From: Bacillota bacterium
Lineage (GTDB): Bacteria; Bacillota; Clostridia; Oscillospirales; Ruminococcaceae
Reading direction: 5' to 3'
Length of the DNA stretch: 64,000 bases
NCBI GenBank assembly: GCA_023391875.1
Contig: JAEWAB010000006.1
Coordinates: 21,755 to 85,754 of the forward strand
Below the pieces are notes generated by a model. The model saw nothing but the letters and a program-made list of their open reading frames with translations. It did no database searches and was not told the origin of the DNA. This document shows positions 59,681 to 64,000 of this stretch, one piece after another (position 1 is the first letter of the stretch; every line of letters begins with the position of its first letter). A program made the translations under genes and the position numbers.

Positions 59681-60799
59681 GTGGAAAGAAATAGTCCATT
59701 CAACAATAAAAAGGCCGTCCTGTTCTCTGTTTTAGCGGTAGCGACAGCGCTTTTGTACTTTTACAATGCCAAGGCCATCACTGCCGGAGTAAAAGACGGG
59801 CTTGCCGTATGTGCGAACGCCGTTATCCCCTCCCTGTTTCCGTTTATGATCTTTGCTTCATTTTTGGTACAGAGCAAGCTTTCAGATACCTTATCCCGCC
59901 CCTTTTCCGCCTTTACGCGCCGGGTGCTTCATCTGCCGGTTTATACCGGCGCCGTGTTTTTATTAAGCTTGATTGGCGGGTACCCCGTGGGGGCGCGCGC
60001 AATCGCCCAGCTATGCCAAGAGAAAAGGCTTAGCACCAAAACCGCCGCGCGTATGCTGTGCTTCTGCGTAAACGCCGGGCCCGCCTTTTTAATCAGTGCC
60101 GTTGGGCTGAAGATGCTAAACAATTACAAAGCCGGTGTTGTGATATTGATATCGCAGACTCTCGCAAGCATAATCATCGGATGTATCCTTGGGTTAAGCT
60201 ATCCAAAGGATGATGACAGCCATGCTTACGAAAAAGCTGATGCGGTTTCGCCTTCGCTGGCCGACTCGTTCGTTTTGGCTGTAACGAACGCCGCAAAGGG
60301 TATCTTCAACATCTGCGCCTTTGTGATTACCTTTTCGGCTATCCTCGCACTCGTGAAAAGCCTGCCTTTTATCAAGGAACTCTACGCATTATCGTCAAAC
60401 AACTGGCACGCCGGTGCTCAGGCCGCATTTACCGGCTTTTTCGAGGTTACATTGGGATGTATATCCGCCGCGAAGGTTTCGGGTACACCGGCGATTATTC
60501 TAACCAGCGCGTTATGCTCCTTTGGTGGCTGCTCGGTTATCTGCCAGACGGTATCCTGCTTTTCTGGGTTATCTGTTCGCATGACGCCCTATTTGATATC
60601 CCGCGGCGTACACATGGTTTTATCCTGCCTGTTTGCCTTCGGGCTGACACACCTATTCCCCGATACGGTTACCACCTTTTCGTTTACTCAAAGCCCTATT
60701 ATGGTGCACAACCTATCCGGCACGCCTATTGCGGCCTGTGCCCTTCTGCTACTTTGCGCGGCGCTGATTTTATTCCGAAAAGATAAAATATTTTTATAG
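59681..60799 (+). CDS. ylbJ: Sporulation integral membrane protein YlbJ-like
   Basis: VIPSLFPF, GGYP.GA, N.GP.F...AVG, G..E.T.G, FGG.SV..Q motifs. Confidence 0.8.
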   Translation: MERNSPFNNKKAVLFSVLAVATALLYFYNAKAITAGVKDGLAVCANAVIPSLFPFMIFASFLVQSKLSDTLSRPFSAFTRRVLHLPVYTGAVFLLSLIGGYPVGARAIAQLCQEKRLSTKTAARMLCFCVNAGPAFLISAVGLKMLNNYKAGVVILISQTLASIIIGCILGLSYPKDDDSHAYEKADAVSPSLADSFVLAVTNAAKGIFNICAFVITFSAILALVKSLPFIKELYALSSNNWHAGAQAAFTGFFEVTLGCISAAKVSGTPAIILTSALCSFGGCSVICQTVSCFSGLSVRMTPYLISRGVHMVLSCLFAFGLTHLFPDTVTTFSFTQSPIMVHNLSGTPIAACALLLLCAALILFRKDKIFL

Positions 60800-60848
60800 C
60801 ATAACCCAATCAGATTTGCTACAATGGTGACAAGATACAGCGTAGTAA

Positions 60849-60947
60849 TGCTAATTCCAATAAGAAATAAACCGTATAAATTCTTTACAAAAGGCATAAT
60901 TAAACCTTTTGTTCAAATTTTTTCTATATTTCTAATTGTAGTAAGTA
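60849..60947 (+). mobile_element. Miniature inverted-repeat element, family 2 (99 bp)
   Basis: Collinear with 45871-45970 (about 85% identical by eye), TAA direct flanks, central hairpin ACAAAAGG-10nt-CCTTTTGT. Confidence 0.85.
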
Positions 60948-60964
60948 TAAGTGAGGTAAACGCC

Positions 60965-61177
60965 ATGAAATTCAACTATTTCGGGAAGGATATCGAGCCT
61001 TCATGCGAGTATTGCGCCTTTTGTGTTACCTCGGAAGAGGCAATGCAAAGCTGCATAAAAAAACGCAAGGCACTGCCGGGCGGCGGGTGCGGCAGCTTTG
61101 AGTACGCGCCCACGAAACGCAAGCCAAAAGGCAAATTAACCCTGCCGCAGTATTCGGCGGAGGATTTTAAGCTATAG
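60965..61177 (+). CDS. Small Cys-rich hypothetical protein (70 aa)
   Basis: RBS GAGG then ATG at 60965; CEYC..C...C...C motif. The longer track ORF from 60824 only reads through the repeat. Confidence 0.7.
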   Translation: MKFNYFGKDIEPSCEYCAFCVTSEEAMQSCIKKRKALPGGGCGSFEYAPTKRKPKGKLTLPQYSAEDFKL

Positions 61178-61248
61178 TACATATACAAATCATACAATCC
61201 CTTTACCGATTATTTTCTGCTGCTTTACGTTCTTCTTAACAGAATTCG

Positions 61249-61277
61249 TTGTGATACCGCCAAAATTATGTTACAAT
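61249..61277 (+). promoter_or_regulatory. Putative sigma-A promoter of the MFS gene
   Basis: TTGTGA-17bp-TACAAT with extended TG. Confidence 0.55.
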
Positions 61278-61365
61278 TAACAAAAGTTCATTGCAATTTA
61301 CTTACAGTTACCCCTGTAGCATTACACTGAACTTGAATGACGCATATGCGGAATGGAGCGTTACA

Positions 61366-62631
61366 ATGAAACTGACAAAGCCGGAGAGAAGCTGGGTTTT
61401 GTATGATGTTGCAAACTCGGCCTTTACCATGCTTATTTCCACCACCATCCCCATCTACTTCAGGTCATTGGTCGAAAACTCCGGGGCCGACCCTGCAACC
61501 GCCACAGGAATATGGGGTATTGTCACCTCGGTGGCGATTGCCATACTAGCGATTCTTTCGCCGATTTTAGGGGCGATTGCCGACTACAAGGGCATGAAAA
61601 AGAAGATGTTCCTTCTGTTTCTCGCAATCGGCTTGCTCGGCGGCATCTCCCTTTCCGTAACCACCGATTGGGTAGCCTATATGATCGTGTTTGTGCTGGC
61701 AAGAATCGGTTACACCGCCTGCAATGTGTTTTATGACTCGATGATCACCGATGTTACCGACGATAACCGCATTGACTATATATCCTCTGCAGGATTTGCC
61801 TGGGGCTACATCGGCAGCTGTATACCCTTTATTGCGGGCATTGCCGTTATCTTTATAAAGCCGTTTGGCATCTCTACCGGTATGGCTACTCAGATTTCAT
61901 TCTTGATTGCGATAGTCTGGTGGGGGCTTATGACCATCCCGCTTTTAAGAAATGTAAAGCAAACATATTTCCTAGAAGACCGCCGCGATAAGATATTACA
62001 TTCCTTTACCCGTCTTGGCGTAACGCTCAAAAAGATTATTAAAGATAAGAAGATCTTCTTTTTCATATTGGCATACTTCTTCTATATAGACGGTGTCTAC
62101 ACCATCATCTCGATGGCTACCACCTACGGCGGTGAGGTTGGCATCGACAGCAATAGCATGATTTTGGCGCTCTTGCTTACCCAGTTTGTCGCCTTCCCCT
62201 TCGCCATCCTCGCCGGCAGGCTTGCCGCTAAGTTTGGGGCATTAACGCTCATTAAGGCGTACATTGTGTGGTATATTGCCATCTGCCTGTTTGGTTATCA
62301 GCTAAACCAGCAGTGGGAATTCTGGGTACTGGCCGTCGCGGTCGGGCTTGCTCAGGGCGGCGTACAGTCGCTTTCACGTTCCTACTTCGGCAAGCTTATT
62401 CCCAAAGAAGAATCCAATGAATACTTCGGCTTCTTCGATATCTTCGGTAAATTTGCAGATTTCTTCGGCCCATTGCTGCTCGCTGCTTCGGCATTCATCT
62501 TCAAAACATCGACCTATGGCATCTTAGCGCTGGTGCTGCTGTTTATTATCGGTCTTGTTTTCCTCTCGTTTATACCAAAGGAAAAAGCCGCAGCCACAGC
62601 CCTATCTTCAGACAGCAATAAGATCGATTAA
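61366..62631 (+). CDS. MFS transporter (UMF1/ATG22-like)
   Basis: SWVLYD.ANSAF, SP.LG.IAD, FYDS, DGV.TI, QSLSRS, FGFF...GKF; about 12 hydrophobic segments. Confidence 0.9.
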   Translation: MKLTKPERSWVLYDVANSAFTMLISTTIPIYFRSLVENSGADPATATGIWGIVTSVAIAILAILSPILGAIADYKGMKKKMFLLFLAIGLLGGISLSVTTDWVAYMIVFVLARIGYTACNVFYDSMITDVTDDNRIDYISSAGFAWGYIGSCIPFIAGIAVIFIKPFGISTGMATQISFLIAIVWWGLMTIPLLRNVKQTYFLEDRRDKILHSFTRLGVTLKKIIKDKKIFFFILAYFFYIDGVYTIISMATTYGGEVGIDSNSMILALLLTQFVAFPFAILAGRLAAKFGALTLIKAYIVWYIAICLFGYQLNQQWEFWVLAVAVGLAQGGVQSLSRSYFGKLIPKEESNEYFGFFDIFGKFADFFGPLLLAASAFIFKTSTYGILALVLLFIIGLVFLSFIPKEKAAATALSSDSNKID

Positions 62632-62644
62632 CCTAACGATTTTC

Positions 62645-62679
62645 AGGCTCTCGTATTTTTACGGGAGCCTTATTTTTTT
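62645..62679 (+). terminator. Intrinsic terminator after the MFS gene
   Basis: AGGCTCTCGTA-4nt-TACGGGAGCCT followed by TATTTTTTT. Confidence 0.85.
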
Positions 62680-62691
62680 GTAAAAAAGGTA

Positions 62692-62720
62692 TTGACGAAA
62701 GAGAGAGAATTTAGTATACT
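62692..62720 (+). promoter_or_regulatory. sigma-A promoter of tRNA-Ala
   Basis: TTGACG-17bp-TATACT. Confidence 0.8.
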
Positions 62721-62741
62721 AATAAGCGTCGCACGAAGCTT

Positions 62742-62817
<76 letters not shown>

Positions 62818-62821
62818 AAAC

Positions 62822-62854
62822 AAAAACCACAAGGTCAACACCTTGTGGTTTTTT
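62822..62854 (+). terminator. Intrinsic terminator after the tRNA
   Basis: AAAAACCACAAGGT-caac-ACCTTGTGGTTTTT. Confidence 0.8.
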
Positions 62855-62971
62855 CATACCCTCATACCCTTATGAGATCGGACACTTGATACAAAACTGA
62901 GTTGCATAAAGCCGTACAGAACAAGATGGTTCACTTGCATTACATAAGTGAAGTATAGGAGTTGGGGAAAA

Positions 62972-63841
62972 ATGAAAATAAACGTATATACATTAAATTC
63001 TTTTGCTAAAACAAAAGAAGGCGGAAACCCGGCGGGCGTTGTTATGAATGCAGATTCATTATCCGAAGGAGAAATGAGAAAAATTGCTGCTGTTCTTGGA
63101 TTCAGTGAAACTGCTTTTGTATTACAATCAAACATGGCAGACTTTAAAGTGAGATTCTTTACACCGAATGAAGAGGTGGACTTATGTGGCCATGCTACGA
63201 TTGCCACCTTTTACGCAATGTCAAGTCTGAATTTATTAAAACAAGGTAAATATAAGCAAGAAACCAGAGCCGGAATACTTGGCATTGAAATTTATAACGA
63301 TAGTTTTGTTATGATGGATCAATCTATTCCTGTATTTTCGGAAGTTATAGATAAAGATGAAGTAGCAGATTCCTTGAATATCAGTACTTGCCAAATTTCA
63401 GCAGACTTGTTGGTTCAAGTTGTGTCAACAGGGCTTCGGGATATCATGGTTCCTGTAAAAAGCATTGAAATTCTAGATGCAATTAAACCAGATATGGAGA
63501 AAGTTAAAAAAATCAGCCAGAAGTACAATACCGTTGGATACCATGTTTTTTCTTTGGAATCTCTACATGGTGCTAACGCTTATTGTAGAAACTTCGCTCC
63601 CCTATATGGTATCCCGGAAGAATCTGCAACAGGAACATCAAGCGGCGCCCTTGGTTGTTATCTGTACCACTACGGAATAATCAACGAGGAGCAAGCTTCA
63701 AACATTATTTTTGAACAAGGTTATTCTATGAAAAGGCCATCTGAAATCCGAGTGTCTTTAGCGGTAAAGGAAAATGAAATTTTCGAAGTCAAGGTTGGAG
63801 GAAGAGCGATGAATCTGACTTTAACGGAAGTCGAAATATAG
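62972..63841 (+). CDS. PhzF family isomerase/epimerase-like protein
   Basis: F.....GGNPAGVV, SETAF, RFFTP..EVDLCGHAT, R.FAP..GI.EE.ATG, EQG. Confidence 0.93.
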   Translation: MKINVYTLNSFAKTKEGGNPAGVVMNADSLSEGEMRKIAAVLGFSETAFVLQSNMADFKVRFFTPNEEVDLCGHATIATFYAMSSLNLLKQGKYKQETRAGILGIEIYNDSFVMMDQSIPVFSEVIDKDEVADSLNISTCQISADLLVQVVSTGLRDIMVPVKSIEILDAIKPDMEKVKKISQKYNTVGYHVFSLESLHGANAYCRNFAPLYGIPEESATGTSSGALGCYLYHYGIINEEQASNIIFEQGYSMKRPSEIRVSLAVKENEIFEVKVGGRAMNLTLTEVEI

Positions 63842-63930
63842 AATAAGAGCAAAGCAGCCTGCCCCCGGTACTAATGGTAAGTGTGGCAGGGTTGCCGCTA
63901 TTTATAATGGTTTTCAAGTAAAAACGGATA

Positions 63931-63971
63931 AAAATCAGGCCAAAAAATGTATTTTCGGCCTGATTTTTTTT
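63931..63971 (+). terminator. Intrinsic terminator after the PhzF gene
   Basis: AAAATCAGGCC...GGCCTGATTTT followed by a long T run. Confidence 0.75.
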
Positions 63972-64000
63972 GGGTTTTTTACAGATGACAAATTGCAACA

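Noticed and set aside
60824..60964. N-terminal extension of the Cys-rich protein in the ORF track
   Set aside because: It is read-through of the family 2 element; the RBS supports ATG at 60965.
62707..62723. GAATTTAGTA-TACTAAT resembling a right-end/left-end circle junction of the elements
   Set aside because: It is fully explained as the spacer and -10 of the tRNA promoter, and there is no flanking element interior.

Overview
Core chromosomal region of a spore-forming Clostridia-class bacterium (Oscillospiraceae/Ruminococcaceae-like gene order; taxonomy is inference). Most genes are on the minus strand. The window holds the spoIIIAA-AH operon, asp23-nusB-(TsaD-like)-xseAB-ispA-dxs-tlyA-nadK-argR-recN, secDF, purB, asnS, a radical SAM pair, spoIVFAB-like genes, ligA-gatCAB, yunB, pfkA, dnaE, hprK-PHP-ROK-murB-rapZ-whiA, a stand-alone sigG, mutS2-recO-yqzL-era-dgkA-ybeY-phoH, yqfCD/ylbJ and tRNA-Ala(GGC), followed by an AT-richer PhzF gene. 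There is no transposase, prophage or CRISPR array. The most unusual signal is non-coding: seven intergenic copies of two related miniature elements that share TACTAATT...AGTA termini and TAA/TTA flanks. Family 1 (741, 26928, 27075, 35055) is a modular chain of hairpins, mostly with 3-nt loops, and includes deletion derivatives and one internally inverted hairpin. Family 2 (3496, 45871, 60849) is a ~100-bp rod with 21-bp terminal inverted repeats. Several copies sit in 5' UTRs, and one sits on a stop codon. Candidate structured leaders (purB, era-yqzL), an ORF missing from the track (yqzL), a small lipoprotein and a Cys-rich small protein also merit checks. Gene identities come from recognising protein motifs and synteny, not database searches. 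Many CDS starts were moved from the ORF track to RBS-supported codons.
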